The notes beneath the pieces were generated by a model. It had not been told where the DNA came from, ran no database searches, and saw nothing but the letters and a program-made list of their open reading frames with translations. From contig JAQTPP010000001.1 of the NCBI GenBank assembly GCA_028712705.1, positions 81,521-145,520 of the forward strand: DNA of 64,000 nucleotides, given 5' to 3'. Origin of the DNA: Candidatus Daviesbacteria bacterium. GTDB lineage: Bacteria > Patescibacteriota > Microgenomatia > Daviesbacterales > UBA10151. The position numbers and the translations under genes are program-made. How positions within the stretch are numbered: the stretch's first letter is position 1; each line of letters starts with the position of its first letter. This document shows, piece by piece, positions 35,566-46,412 of this stretch.

Positions 35566-37998
35566 ATGGTTGATTTCATTAAATCGATTACGCCAACTTC
35601 AACAGAACCTTTAAAGTTGAAACCGACTATGCCGGTTGGACCGCTTCGTGATACGGTAATTTTTCCCGGCAACTCAGTCCCGATTATATCCGGCAGACCA
35701 AGGTCTAAGGCCGCGCTAGATGCAGTATGGGGTAGCGATAAATTGATAGTTTTTGTCACTCAAAAAAATTCCCGGATTGAAGACCCAACAGAAAAAGACC
35801 TGTATAAAGTTGGTACTGTTTGTCTGATAAGACGGGTAGTTAAAAATCCTGAAGGAGAATACACACTGCAGGCAGAAGGGCTTTCCAGGGTATACTTAAA
35901 AAGTTTTACCAAGATAGAGCCTTATTTAGAAGCGGAAATAGAAGAAATCCCCGAACTTTACGAAAAAAGCGAACAAACAGAAGCATTGGTTAGAACTGTT
36001 AGAGAACAAATGAAACGGTTTCTGGAGTTGGGCGGTAACCCATTTTTTGACCAAAGCAATTTCGCCAACTGGTCCCTTTTTACCTATAGCGATGATCCAA
36101 ATCAGTTGGTAAACTCGATAACCCAATCTATAGATTTTAAAACCATAGACAAACAACAGATCTTAGAAATGGTTTCTGCAGGAGAAAGGTTGCAACGGCT
36201 ATCCGAGCTTTTGGCAAAAGAGATAAGAATTCTGGAAATATCACAGAAAATTTCATCGCAAACTCAAGAGCGTGTTTCCAAAATGACCAAGGAAGCGATT
36301 CTGCGGGAACAGATGAAGAGCATTGAAGAAGAGCTGGGCGGGGCAGATACGGAGCATCAGGAAATTAAAGAATTTGAACTCAAAATCAAAAAGAGCGGCA
36401 TGCCGAAAGAGGTTTTGGAAAGGGCAAAGAAAGAACTGGGGAGGTTGGCAAAGATGTCTTCCTATAACCCGGAAGCAGGTTATATCAGAAATTATCTGGA
36501 ATGGTTGACAGATTTACCTTGGAAGCATAGTAAAAAAGGTAAAGTTGATTTGAAAAAAGCAGAAGAGATTTTAGAAGAGGATCATTACGGTTTAAAGAAA
36601 GTAAAAGAGCGTATTCTTGAGTATTTGGCCGTTTACAAGCTTGCAGGCAAAATGAGGGGACCGATCCTTTGTTTCGTCGGCCCGCCGGGTACAGGTAAAA
36701 CTTCCATCGGAAAATCTATTGCCAGAGCTTTGAGCCGGAAATTTATCAAAGTATCTCTGGGTGGAATACGCGATGAGGCGGAAATAAGAGGACACCGCAG
36801 AACTTATGTCGGCTCTATGCCAGGCAGGATTATCCAGGGAATAAAACAGGCCGGCACCACCAACCCGGTTTTTATGCTGGATGAGATTGATAAAATTGGG
36901 ACAGACTACAGAGGTGATCCTTCGGCAGCGCTTCTTGAGGCGCTTGATCCTGAACAAAACGAAGGCTTTTCCGATCATTATTTGGAAGTATCATACGATC
37001 TTTCCAATGTTATGTTTATTACAACTGCAAATATTTTGGACACAATTCCACCGGCACTTCGGGACAGGCTTGAAGTGATCAGATACCCGGGTTACACGGA
37101 AGATGAAAAGTTCCATATTGCCAAAAAATTCTTAATTCCCAAGCAAATGCAAAATCATGGGTTCAAAAAGGACCAGATCGAGTTTCAAGATGAAGCTATT
37201 TATTCAATTATTAGAGGTTACACAAGAGAGGCCGGAGTTAGAAATTTGGAAAGAGAAATTTCAGCGGTCCTAAGAAAGGTGGCAAGAAAAATAGCAGAAG
37301 GAAATGGTGAGGTGAAGAAATTTATAATCCTTTCTAAGGATATCCATAGTTTTCTGGGACCAATCAAATTCTTACCAATTTTGGCTGAAAAGATGGATGA
37401 AATCGGGATGGTTACCGGTCTTTCCGTGACAGAGGCCGGAGGAGAGATTTTGTTTATTGAAGTCACTTTAATGCCCGGAAAAGGCAATTTGCTTTTGACA
37501 GGGCAACTGGGGGATGTGATGAAAGAATCTGGTCAAGCAGCAATGTCTTATGTTAGGGCTCACTGGACTGATTTGGGATTGCCGGAGCGGTTTTTCCAAA
37601 AGGTTGATGTGCATGTTCATGTTCCGGAAGGAGCAATTCCAAAAGATGGCCCCTCGGCAGGGATAGCTCTTACAACTGCCATTGTTTCCGCATTCACAAA
37701 GATTCCGGTCCATAAAGATATAGCCATGACCGGTGAGGTTACGTTAAGAGGACGAGTTTTGGAAATAGGTGGATTCAAAGAAAAAGTTTTGGCAGCTCAC
37801 CGGGCCGGAGTAAAAGTTATAATTGCGCCGGCTGATAATGAAAAAGATTTGGAAGATATTCCGGATTATGTACAAAAGGATCTTAAATTTATCTTTGTCA
37901 AACATATGGATGATGTTTTAAGAGTTGCGCTGGTGAGACCTCCTCAACCAGCAACCAGAAAAAGAATCCCAATTTCTCCTCCGGCCTATTTAGCATAA
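35566..37998 (+). CDS. lon: ATP-dependent Lon protease
   Basis: [31 protein letters not shown] and IGGFKEK motifs. Confidence 0.97.
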   Translation: MVDFIKSITPTSTEPLKLKPTMPVGPLRDTVIFPGNSVPIISGRPRSKAALDAVWGSDKLIVFVTQKNSRIEDPTEKDLYKVGTVCLIRRVVKNPEGEYTLQAEGLSRVYLKSFTKIEPYLEAEIEEIPELYEKSEQTEALVRTVREQMKRFLELGGNPFFDQSNFANWSLFTYSDDPNQLVNSITQSIDFKTIDKQQILEMVSAGERLQRLSELLAKEIRILEISQKISSQTQERVSKMTKEAILREQMKSIEEELGGADTEHQEIKEFELKIKKSGMPKEVLERAKKELGRLAKMSSYNPEAGYIRNYLEWLTDLPWKHSKKGKVDLKKAEEILEEDHYGLKKVKERILEYLAVYKLAGKMRGPILCFVGPPGTGKTSIGKSIARALSRKFIKVSLGGIRDEAEIRGHRRTYVGSMPGRIIQGIKQAGTTNPVFMLDEIDKIGTDYRGDPSAALLEALDPEQNEGFSDHYLEVSYDLSNVMFITTANILDTIPPALRDRLEVIRYPGYTEDEKFHIAKKFLIPKQMQNHGFKKDQIEFQDEAIYSIIRGYTREAGVRNLEREISAVLRKVARKIAEGNGEVKKFIILSKDIHSFLGPIKFLPILAEKMDEIGMVTGLSVTEAGGEILFIEVTLMPGKGNLLLTGQLGDVMKESGQAAMSYVRAHWTDLGLPERFFQKVDVHVHVPEGAIPKDGPSAGIALTTAIVSAFTKIPVHKDIAMTGEVTLRGRVLEIGGFKEKVLAAHRAGVKVIIAPADNEKDLEDIPDYVQKDLKFIFVKHMDDVLRVALVRPPQPATRKRIPISPPAYLA

Positions 37999-38005
37999 AG
38001 TTTTT

Positions 38006-38101
38006 GTCATTCCGAGTGATTAGCGAGGAGTCCCGATTAAATCGGGATTGCCGCGTCGCGGAGTTTACACTGAGCGAAGTCGAAGCGCTCCTCGCAATGA
38101 C
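38006..38101. repeat. GTCA-tagged REP doublet with a nested second element
   Basis: GTCATTCCGAG...CTCGCAATGAC; central TCCCGATTAAATCGGGA; the right-arm loop carries GTTTACACTGAGCGAAGTCGAAG. Confidence 0.85.
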
Positions 38102-38175
38102 AACAATACTAGTCTCCCCCTTGACTTAGTTTATAATGCTGGTGTAAATTTTAAGGTACTGCTCCGAAAGACTTC

Positions 38176-40182
38176 ATGGATTTCATATTAAATAATGTCA
38201 ATTTAATAATTTGGACTGCCGTGGCGGCCGCTCTCCTGTATGGCTTTTGGCTGATTGTGGAAATTTTAAGGAAAGATTCCGGTGATGAGAAAATGCGGGA
38301 AATCGCCTCGGCGATTCAGGTTGGAGCTGGGGCATATTTACAAAGGCAATACAAAGTTGTTGCTTTGGTTGCAGCTGTTCTGGCAGTCTTAATATATTAT
38401 ATTTTAGGTCAGAATACCGCAATTGGATTTATAATCGGCGCTTTTCTTTCGGCTCTGGCCGGGTTTATCGGTATGAGTGTGGCAGTGAGGGCTAATGTTC
38501 GGGTGGCAGAGGAGGCCAAGAAAGGTTTATCCGAGGCTTTTATTTTGGCATATAAAGGCGGGGCAGTGACGGGATTTCTGGTAGTAGGTTTGGCGCTGGC
38601 AGCAGTTTTTGGATTTTATCAGTATACTGGCGGGGATTTAAAATCTCTGGTTGGACTTGGTTTTGGCGGATCCTTAATTTCTGTTTTTGCCCGTCTTGGT
38701 GGGGGCATTTTTACCAAAGGGGCAGATGTGGGGGCGGATTTGGTGGGGAAGATTGAAGCAGGAATACCTGAAGATGACCCCAGAAATCCGGCAGTAATTG
38801 CCGATAATGTGGGGGATAATGTTGGGGATTGTGCCGGAATGGCAGCAGATATTTTTGAAACTTATATTGTGACCGCCATTGCCTCTATGATTTTAGGTCA
38901 ACTCTTGTTTCCGGGATACAGCAATGCCGTGATGTTTCCCCTTTTAATCCTTGCTATGGGAATCCTGGCTTCGATTGTAGGATCGTTCTTTGTTAAATTG
39001 ACGGGTAAAAACATTATGAAAGCTCTTTATAAAGGGATGATAGCAACTAGCGCTGTCTGCGCAGTTTTATTTTATCCTGTTGTCTACAGCGTTATGGGAG
39101 ACAATGGCATCATAAGCGTTTTTAATTTATACCTGGCATCTTTAATCGGAATACTGGTGACTGCGGGAATGGTACTCATAACCGAATATTATACAGGTGC
39201 GGAGTACTCCCCTGTCCAAAATTTAGGATTGGCTTCCAAGACAGGTCATGCTACCAATATTATTGCGGGACTTGCTTTGTCTATGCGTTCAACTTTTGCT
39301 CCGGTAATTCTAATTTCCACAGCGGTATTATTAAGTTTTATGTTTGCGGGGCTTTATGGAATTGCTCTGGCCGGTGCGGCAATGCTTTCTTTAGCCGGAA
39401 TTGTAGTGGCAATAGATGCATTCGGTCCGATTACAGATAATGCAGGCGGAATCGCAGAGATGGCAAATCTTTCTTCCAAAGTTCGCGATGTGACAGATCC
39501 GCTGGATGCTGTTGGGAATACGACTAAGGCTGTGACTAAAGGTTATGCGATTGCTTCGGCAGCGCTGGCAGCAATGGTTTTGTTTACAGCATATGCTCAG
39601 GAATTTTCTTCTCAAGGTTCAGAGCTACAGTTTTCATTATCAGACCCTAATGTTTTGGTAGGGCTTTTTATTGGAGGTTCGCTTCCTTATCTTTTTGCCT
39701 CCTATGCAATGGAAGCTGTAGGGCGGGCCGGAGGAGCAGTGGTTGAGGAAGTCAGGCGTCAGTTTAGAACTATCAAAGGCATTATGGAGGGTAAAGCCAA
39801 ACCTGATTATGCAAAGTGTGTTGATATTGTGACTCAATCGGCGCAAAAAGAGATGCTGGTGCCTGCTTTAATTCCTGTTTTGTCGCCGGTCATTGTGGGA
39901 TTTGCCCTGGGTCCGGTCGCTTTGGGTGGGATGCTGGTGGGATCAATTGTGACAGGGATTTTTGTAGCGGTTTCTATGACAACAGGTGGCGCTGCCTGGG
40001 ATAATGCCAAAAAGTATATTGAGAGTGGTAAATTTGGCGGGAAGGGTTCTGAAACCCATAAAGCAGCAGTCACAGGAGATACAGTTGGCGACCCTTACAA
40101 AGACACCGCCGGTCCTGCCATTAATCCAATGATTAAAGTTGTAAATATTGTGGCTTTACTTTTAGTTCCCTTCTTGAGATAA
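38176..40182 (+). CDS. hppA: Membrane pyrophosphatase, predicted K+-independent H+ pump
   Basis: [26 protein letters not shown] (Lys at the K+-determinant position) and [10 protein letters not shown] motifs. Confidence 0.95.
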   Translation: MDFILNNVNLIIWTAVAAALLYGFWLIVEILRKDSGDEKMREIASAIQVGAGAYLQRQYKVVALVAAVLAVLIYYILGQNTAIGFIIGAFLSALAGFIGMSVAVRANVRVAEEAKKGLSEAFILAYKGGAVTGFLVVGLALAAVFGFYQYTGGDLKSLVGLGFGGSLISVFARLGGGIFTKGADVGADLVGKIEAGIPEDDPRNPAVIADNVGDNVGDCAGMAADIFETYIVTAIASMILGQLLFPGYSNAVMFPLLILAMGILASIVGSFFVKLTGKNIMKALYKGMIATSAVCAVLFYPVVYSVMGDNGIISVFNLYLASLIGILVTAGMVLITEYYTGAEYSPVQNLGLASKTGHATNIIAGLALSMRSTFAPVILISTAVLLSFMFAGLYGIALAGAAMLSLAGIVVAIDAFGPITDNAGGIAEMANLSSKVRDVTDPLDAVGNTTKAVTKGYAIASAALAAMVLFTAYAQEFSSQGSELQFSLSDPNVLVGLFIGGSLPYLFASYAMEAVGRAGGAVVEEVRRQFRTIKGIMEGKAKPDYAKCVDIVTQSAQKEMLVPALIPVLSPVIVGFALGPVALGGMLVGSIVTGIFVAVSMTTGGAAWDNAKKYIESGKFGGKGSETHKAAVTGDTVGDPYKDTAGPAINPMIKVVNIVALLLVPFLR

Positions 40183-40183
40183 T

Positions 40184-40519
40184 TTGCAAATTATGGTTGT
40201 TGAATACGGACTACATGGATCTTGGGCTGAAAGACAAAAGCAAACTACGGGAGTAGTTGAGCCTGGTAATACGCTAACTATTTATATTTCAGAAAATAGA
40301 ATATTACATATTCTATGCGACGGAGAAGATAACGGAGGTAGGATTTTTGTTTCTGAACCAAATACTGTAGAATTGCGAGCTTCGCTAACACCTCGTGGAC
40401 CTTTGGTTGGTATTTGTGGCTTAAGAGCTAAAATGGAATTAGATAGGATGTGTAGTGCCGAAATTAGAGATGGCGGAGAAGTTGTTGCAACCATAAAACA
40501 CGTACCCTCACAAAGATAA
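40184..40519 (+). CDS. Hypothetical protein
   Basis: About 110-aa ORF filling the gap; start uncertain. Confidence 0.5.
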   Translation: MQIMVVEYGLHGSWAERQKQTTGVVEPGNTLTIYISENRILHILCDGEDNGGRIFVSEPNTVELRASLTPRGPLVGICGLRAKMELDRMCSAEIRDGGEVVATIKHVPSQR

Positions 40520-40568
40520 ATATACACATACCCGCATATTTACATGGAACTTATTGAGAAGATGCTTA

Positions 40569-40581
40569 CAAACCCGGTTTG
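40569..40581. repeat. 13-bp palindrome downstream of transposase 2
   Basis: CAAACCCGGTTTG. Confidence 0.85.
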
Positions 40582-40586
40582 CAAGT

Positions 40587-41237
40587 TCAAAGTTCTTCAT
40601 CAATAGTGGTATGCTTAATTAATTCCAGCTTTGCTCCATAATCTGCCTGATCCAAGACAAATTTTTCATAAGCTTTTGGAGATTTGAAAAAATTTAATAT
40701 CTCCTCTTTGTTGATTGCAAGATTATCGCGCATGTTTATGTATTCTAAATAAGAAGACCAGGGATAGAGTTTTAGATCTTTTACAATCAGTGCTACTAAT
40801 GGGTTTAGATGGATATATCTAGATACGTGAATAAGTTGTTCATCTGTTTCTATTCTAACAGCCTTAAAGAGAGCCTGAAAAATGGGCCCTTGAGAGTTAT
40901 GCTTTATGTTTCTATATTTTGTATAGCTGTGGACAAATTTTCTAATTAGTTCAGAAATACCTCCATCATGTATTTGTTTAACCAGTAGATGAAAGTGATT
41001 AGGCATTAAACAGTAAGCTATGATTTCAACAATCTTTTTAGTTTCATCTATGGGAAAAGTTTTTTGCTGTCTGTGTACCGAAAATCGCGGTTTAGGATTT
41101 GCTATCTGGTAATAAAATAAAGTCTTGGCAAAACGATCATAATCTCTTTTATCTAAAAATGTCTGCTGTTTATTTATCCCCCTATTATAGAGGTGATAGT
41201 AGTCTCCATTGATAAAAGGAATTATTCTGTAGGGCAT
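40587..41237 (-). mobile_element. REP-associated tyrosine transposase (RAYT, Y1/HUH family), copy 2
   Basis: YYHLYNRG, YCLMPNHFH, RYIHLNP and YPWSSY motifs; 216-aa paralogue of copy 1. Confidence 0.9.
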
Positions 41238-41258
41238 ATAATTATTACCTTAGCTTTA

Positions 41259-41296
41259 CAAACCCGGTTTGTCAATACGAATTCAAACCGGGTTTG
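41259..41296. repeat. Pair of 13-bp palindromes over the transposase 2 promoter
   Basis: CAAACCCGGTTTG-TCAATACGAATT-CAAACCGGGTTTG; minus-strand TTGACA-17 nt-TAAGGT. Confidence 0.9.
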
Positions 41297-41313
41297 CAGG
41301 TTGGTTGTGGTAC

Positions 41314-41733
41314 TTATTGGGTAGGTCCGCCAGTTGGGGGAGGGGGTGGTTGGCTGCCGAAAAGCGCATTTTTTACTTCATTTACTACCTGATCAGGTGT
41401 GTATGAAGCTTTTATTAAATAAGCCTGGGCCCCTAGTTCAAACCCTTCTTTTATAACTGCTTCCTGACCTAAATTTGTTAAAAGAATGGTGATCATCGGG
41501 GAGTTTGGATTTTGGGTCTTAAATTCCCGGAGAAGTTGTAAACCGTTAATCCCCGGAAGCATGATATCCAAAAGAAGCAAATCAAAAGTTTCATTTTTTA
41601 GTGTTTCCAAACCGCTTTGTCCGTCCACTGCGCTTTTCACCGCAAATCCTGCTTTGGCGAGTTGTCTTGTGTACAGTTCTCTTATGAAATCTTCGTCTTC
41701 AACAAGTAAAATTTTCTTTGGTGTCGGATCCAT
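41314..41733 (-). CDS. Single-domain response regulator
   Basis: ILLVEDE, LLLDIMLP and YLIK motifs. Confidence 0.93.
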   Translation of the reverse strand: MDPTPKKILLVEDEDFIRELYTRQLAKAGFAVKSAVDGQSGLETLKNETFDLLLLDIMLPGINGLQLLREFKTQNPNSPMITILLTNLGQEAVIKEGFELGAQAYLIKASYTPDQVVNEVKNALFGSQPPPPPTGGPTQ

Positions 41734-41756
41734 ACACTTTATTTTATATTAATAGT

Positions 41757-43244
41757 CTAATAATTCAAAGTCCCGGATTGAATAGCTCCGGAAACAAATT
41801 TGTTGCTTTCTGAAACAGCGGTACTTAAGGTTACAATTGGTAAAGTAAAGGAAAATCTGCTGCCTTTTCCTGGTTCTGATTCAACCCAGATTTTACCATG
41901 GAGTTTTTCTACAATTGATTTAGAGATGTATAATCCCAGACCCGTGCCTTTGCTGGCTTGTTGCAGCTTATTAGAAACTCTGAAGAATTTACTAAAAAGG
42001 TGTGGGATTGCCTCCTGGGGGATTCCGACACCATTATCTGAGATAGTAGTCGTAATGTCATTCGGGGAAACTTTTACAGAAACCTCTATTTTTCCATTTG
42101 GATTAGTGTAGTTTATTGCATTAGAGACAAGGTTGGTTATTACTTCGTTTATTCTGATAGGGTCGGTAATAACTTTGGGTAATGTTTCAGTTGGCAAAAG
42201 CATATTCAAGACAATATTTTTTTGAGTAGCTTGACTTTTTAAATCTTCAACTGTCTTGGTTAGTATGGGCAGATAATCGGTTGGTTGCGGAGAAACGGAT
42301 AGTTGTTCTTTTTCGATTTTATTGACATTAAGCAGATTTTGAATCAAGGTTTGGAGTTGTTTGGCAGCAACAAATGCTTTATTCAGTAGGTTTAAGCTTT
42401 CTGCAGGGATTTTGCCTTTGTTTTCATCGAGGAATACAGACAGATAACCGACAATACTGGTTAAAGGTGTTTTTAGCTCATGTGATGCCATAGATACAAA
42501 ATCCAGTTTCATTTGTTCCAGCTCTTCTTCTCTGGATAAATCATGGATTATTAAAATGCAGTTTAGATTAGTTTGTACGGCACTGCCGACCTGTGTAGTC
42601 GTGAGACTAACTTTTGTCTGTTTGCCATTTTTGCCGACAAGCCTCGCTGTTTGATTAAAACTTTCCTGGCAGTAGGTTTTAGGCAGGATTTCTTCCTGTT
42701 CGGAAAATAGATGGATCGCCTGGTCAACTGATTTACCGAGGACATCGGATTCCCTGAAACCTGTCAGTTCTTCCGAAGCTTTATTCAAAAACATGATATT
42801 TTTATTGAAATCCAACGCAATAATCCCGTCAATGATGGATGAAAGAATCTCATCAAATTTATTTTTTTCCGAAACTGCAATTGCCTCATCGTTTTCAAGC
42901 TTTTGAATTGCGGCAGAAAGTTTTTCTGCCATGAGATTAAATGAATCTCCTACGTCTTCAAATTCATCACCAGATTGTAGATTAATTCGATGGTTAAGAT
43001 TGCCATCGGAAAAAACCCTTGTGCTTTTAATAAACAAATCCAATGGCCGCAATACCCAAAGGAGTAATATAATGGCTAAAATTGCGCTGGCTGCTGCTAC
43101 CAGAATATAAACTAAGGCTGTGAGTGGAATAAACAGTCCCAGAATATAGGGGGAGGTTACCGCTAAGGCTATAATTAGGGCAACCTTTAAACGGAGTGTT
43201 TTTTTGGTCTTTTTAATAAGCGAACCTTGGGCAGCTTGGTCCAT
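41757..43244 (-). CDS. Sensor histidine kinase (HAMP, PAS, HisKA, HATPase)
   Basis: SHELKTPL, NLVSNAINY, DNGVGI and GTGLGL motifs; start moved to ATG 43244. Confidence 0.94.
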   Translation of the reverse strand: MDQAAQGSLIKKTKKTLRLKVALIIALAVTSPYILGLFIPLTALVYILVAAASAILAIILLLWVLRPLDLFIKSTRVFSDGNLNHRINLQSGDEFEDVGDSFNLMAEKLSAAIQKLENDEAIAVSEKNKFDEILSSIIDGIIALDFNKNIMFLNKASEELTGFRESDVLGKSVDQAIHLFSEQEEILPKTYCQESFNQTARLVGKNGKQTKVSLTTTQVGSAVQTNLNCILIIHDLSREEELEQMKLDFVSMASHELKTPLTSIVGYLSVFLDENKGKIPAESLNLLNKAFVAAKQLQTLIQNLLNVNKIEKEQLSVSPQPTDYLPILTKTVEDLKSQATQKNIVLNMLLPTETLPKVITDPIRINEVITNLVSNAINYTNPNGKIEVSVKVSPNDITTTISDNGVGIPQEAIPHLFSKFFRVSNKLQQASKGTGLGLYISKSIVEKLHGKIWVESEPGKGSRFSFTLPIVTLSTAVSESNKFVSGAIQSGTLNY

Positions 43245-43304
43245 GATCCAAGCGTAACAGAAGTGAGATCCTTGTTCAACTCTAACTTTGGCCTGCACCT
43301 AGTC

Positions 43305-43337
43305 CTTCGGCAGAACTCAGGGTAGACTGCGCCGAAG
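43305..43337. repeat. REP-like hairpin at the 3' end of tRNA-Glu
   Basis: CTTCGGCAGAACTCAGGGTAGAC resembles the reverse complement of the nested element near 38063-38085; CTTCGGC/GCCGAAG stem. Confidence 0.55.
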
Positions 43338-43339
43338 TG

Positions 43340-43413
43340 TACCGCCAACGGGAGTTGAACCCGTGATTTCTTGGATGAGAACCAAGTGTCCTAGGCCACT
43401 AGACGATGGCGGC
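43340..43413 (-). tRNA. tRNA-Glu(CTC), CCA not encoded
   Basis: GCCGCCA/TGGCGGT acceptor stem; CTTGG-TTCTCAT-CCAAG anticodon arm; GGTTCAACTCC T arm. Confidence 0.93.
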
Positions 43414-43443
43414 GTGGTCAAATTATACCCACAAGGCACTTAA

Positions 43444-43472
43444 TTGACAAGGTATGTTAATCAATATATAAT
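43444..43472 (+). promoter_or_regulatory. Consensus sigma70 promoter of the greA leader
   Basis: TTGACA-17 nt-TATAAT. Confidence 0.85.
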
Positions 43473-43482
43473 TCATTTCAAT

Positions 43483-43642
43483 ATGGCACTTGCTAAAGCA
43501 ATGGTTTCAAAAAAAATTGTCTCCCTTTCTACATTCCCTTGCCGGGGGGGCCGCTATGGCCAACAGGCGCAGGGAGGTCTTTTTAGGTAAAAAAACCTAA
43601 AATCCCAAAGCAAAGGAGACCTCCTCAAAAGGGAGGTTTTTT
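43483..43642 (+). promoter_or_regulatory. greA leader/attenuator with a 35-aa uORF
   Basis: uORF 43483-43590; terminator GACCTCCT-CAAAA-GGGAGGTT plus T run directly before the ATG; shares GGGAGGTCTTTTTAGGT with 3007-3023. Confidence 0.7.
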
Positions 43643-44134
43643 ATGGCCGGAGCAAAACAACAATTGACAAGAAACGGACAAAATACCTACATTACTGCCA
43701 AGGGTTTAGCTGATGCTAAAGTAGAGCTGGAGTTTTTGAAAAAGACTAGGAGGGTTCAAATTGCCGAAAAAATTCATCAGGCCAGAGAATATGGAGATCT
43801 GACTGAGAACTCTGAGTATGATGCTGCGCTGGAAGAGCAGGCTATGGCAGAAAGCCGCATTTCGGACTTAGAGGATATCCTTAAAAGCGCAAAAGTCATA
43901 GAAAATCAGCATAATCAAGATTTTGTGGTGATCGGATCAACAGTCAAAATTGAGATGGATGAAGGAATTGATGAATTTACTATAGTGGGAAGAGTTGAAG
44001 CTGATCCCTCCAAAAAAAGAATCTCCAACGAATCGCCTTTAGGTTTGGCTTTAGTTGGTGCCAAAAAAGGAGAAACGGTTGAGGTTACAACACCGATAGT
44101 TAGATACAAATGTAAAGTACTGGAGATAAAATAA
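43643..44134 (+). CDS. greA: Transcription elongation factor GreA
   Basis: AREYGDLTENSEYDAA and ISNESPLG motifs. Confidence 0.96.
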   Translation: MAGAKQQLTRNGQNTYITAKGLADAKVELEFLKKTRRVQIAEKIHQAREYGDLTENSEYDAALEEQAMAESRISDLEDILKSAKVIENQHNQDFVVIGSTVKIEMDEGIDEFTIVGRVEADPSKKRISNESPLGLALVGAKKGETVEVTTPIVRYKCKVLEIK

Positions 44135-45420
44135 TGGATGAGCCTTTAATTGTCTTTAATCCTAAATTACCTAGACTTTCAAAGAATGAAGGTAAAGTCT
44201 TAAAGCTTTTGGTGGAAGCGGGAAAATCAATCTCTCCTCTTTATCTTGAACAAGAAAAACAGATCAAGAAAAATTCTTTAATCAAAGAAGAAATTAATAA
44301 AGCAAGTAAAACTAATGCAGCAATTTTGTCTCCATATACAGTTTTAGAAAAAATAGATGGGAAAATTGTGACAATTCCTTATCATGTAAAATATGCAAAA
44401 CTACTCCGACCAATTGCAGACAAATTAAGTGAGGCTGCAAGTATTACTGATGATAAAGATTTTGGAAAAGTTCTTCAGTTACAAGCAAAAGCGTTACTGG
44501 ATGGTTCTTATGATAAAGCAACTATAGCTTGGCTTAAATTTAAACCATATATTTTGGATATTCAAATCGGTCCTGTTGCGTATAACCTTGATGATCAAAT
44601 ATTCCATGAAAAGGCGCCATATCAAGCTTGGGTTGGAGTAATGGATACAGAGGGAACAAAGAGGCTTAATAATTATAAAACTATAGTTTTGGGAACAAGA
44701 AGAAAAGCAATGTCCGAAGACAGAATAGATAATTACGAAAAGGTGAGGGCAAGGGTTAATGACGTTATTTTATTTTCTGGATTCATGGCGAGAATGAAAT
44801 TTGTGGGAATAAATTTGCCAATGGATCTTAATATTGTTGAAAGGTATGGTTCTCAAATAACACTTTTTAATCAGTCTAATGATTTAAGGATGAAAGAAAT
44901 AATCTTGCCAACTTTCAACCAACTATTCTCATCTGAATTTCGGGAAGGCTTTGAGTTGGAAGATTTAAGAAGAGGTTATCTACGTGCTACCGCTCTCCAT
45001 GAGTTAGCGCATAGCTTTTTATACTACAAACACGCATCAGAAAATTTAAAAGATTTATTCCCAGCTATTTATGAACTTGCCGCAACAATTTTAGGTATGA
45101 GGATGGCAGGTTCTTTACTACTGAAAGAAAGAATTACAGAAAAAATGTTAGAGTCAATGATTATTACATTTTTGTGTAGAAGTCTCTATTATATGAAACA
45201 AAGTAAAGTGAATAACCCTATGATAAATTATGTTTTGGGTGGGTCAATATTTGTTAATTCTATGCTTGAGTCTGGAGCATTGAATATGATAAAGGGAATG
45301 GCTGTAGTTAATTTCATGAAGATGTTCTTATCCTTACATGAGTTATCAGATACACTAGAACATCTACTCTCTTTCGGAACTTACATAGAGGCCGAAAATT
45401 TCGTCAAGAAATACACCTAA
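44134..45420 (+). CDS. Peptidase M49-like zinc metalloprotein
   Basis: LSKNE..VLKLLVEA N-terminus, TIPYH..YA, GINLP and HELAH (HEXXH). Confidence 0.6.
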   Translation: MDEPLIVFNPKLPRLSKNEGKVLKLLVEAGKSISPLYLEQEKQIKKNSLIKEEINKASKTNAAILSPYTVLEKIDGKIVTIPYHVKYAKLLRPIADKLSEAASITDDKDFGKVLQLQAKALLDGSYDKATIAWLKFKPYILDIQIGPVAYNLDDQIFHEKAPYQAWVGVMDTEGTKRLNNYKTIVLGTRRKAMSEDRIDNYEKVRARVNDVILFSGFMARMKFVGINLPMDLNIVERYGSQITLFNQSNDLRMKEIILPTFNQLFSSEFREGFELEDLRRGYLRATALHELAHSFLYYKHASENLKDLFPAIYELAATILGMRMAGSLLLKERITEKMLESMIITFLCRSLYYMKQSKVNNPMINYVLGGSIFVNSMLESGALNMIKGMAVVNFMKMFLSLHELSDTLEHLLSFGTYIEAENFVKKYT

Positions 45421-45495
45421 AGAAACTTTTTTAAATTTAAGAGCTTATAGTTGAAAAAAAATTGAAAAAAGGCTATAATTGGAATCCAAATTAAT

Positions 45496-46362
45496 ATGGC
45501 TATGACAGCAGAAAATCCATTTGCGAGGCTACCTAAGACAGCTAGGTTGGCGGACTATGGTGACTACAGGATATTAGGTTATGCAGAGAGGGATAGAGAG
45601 TTTAATCGGGGGGTCTTATTAAGAATTGCTAGTCAGATTGAGGAGGGTGTATTTGGAGTAACGCGTGCTTATGCCATGCAGGATATTGCATTTAATCTTC
45701 GAAATGGTGGCAGTATGACTGTTGTTGTTGACTCTGAAACAGGTGAACCTTTCGGATATTCGTCACAGCGCGTTTTAGCACCAACACTAGAGGGTGATCG
45801 TCGAACAATAATGTTTACTAGTACAAGAGCTATTAATGAAAAATTCCAAGGTGGAGGAATAGGGCCAGAGACCTTACGATTTTCATTCAATATGCACGGT
45901 GCTCCAGATATTGTGGCCGGGATAATGGGATGGAGCCCTCCAGTAATTGCTTATTATAAATCAGGAGTAGTTGCTGAACTTGAAGGTCAGGATAAAGAAG
46001 CAGCAGAAGCAGGAATAGAGCCATCCGGAGATGATGAATTAGACGGAATAATGAAGCAGATTGTAAGAGTAAAACTCTATCCTTTCTGTAGACCATATGA
46101 TAAATCTTCATTAATGAATGAAGCCTTGAAATATGTTTTACAACAAAGCAGGTACAGAGGGATTCCTTTTGATCCAGGGTCAGGTTTAATGAAAGGACTT
46201 TGGGATAAAGATTCATCGATGCTTTTTAGAGTCGAGAAAGCAAGTCGTAGAGTTGAAGTAATAGGTGGGTTGTTAAGAGATAAATTCAACTGTGATCCAA
46301 CTACGGGGGATGCAATAGTGGTAATGGGTCCAAAAGCGGGTTGGAGAGCTTTTTTAGATTAA
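45496..46362 (+). CDS. Hypothetical protein, possible GNAT fold
   Basis: AINEKFQGGGIG resembles acetyl-CoA-binding motif A. Confidence 0.55.
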   Translation: MAMTAENPFARLPKTARLADYGDYRILGYAERDREFNRGVLLRIASQIEEGVFGVTRAYAMQDIAFNLRNGGSMTVVVDSETGEPFGYSSQRVLAPTLEGDRRTIMFTSTRAINEKFQGGGIGPETLRFSFNMHGAPDIVAGIMGWSPPVIAYYKSGVVAELEGQDKEAAEAGIEPSGDDELDGIMKQIVRVKLYPFCRPYDKSSLMNEALKYVLQQSRYRGIPFDPGSGLMKGLWDKDSSMLFRVEKASRRVEVIGGLLRDKFNCDPTTGDAIVVMGPKAGWRAFLD

Positions 46363-46412
46363 TTTTCCAATCTCTTCTTTAAAAAAAATCTAGCTTCGGT
46401 TATACTCTAGGC

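Noticed and set aside
43483-43642. T-box or lysine riboswitch for greA-lysS
   Set aside because: No T-box consensus or lysine aptamer is visible, and lysS has its own -10 box.
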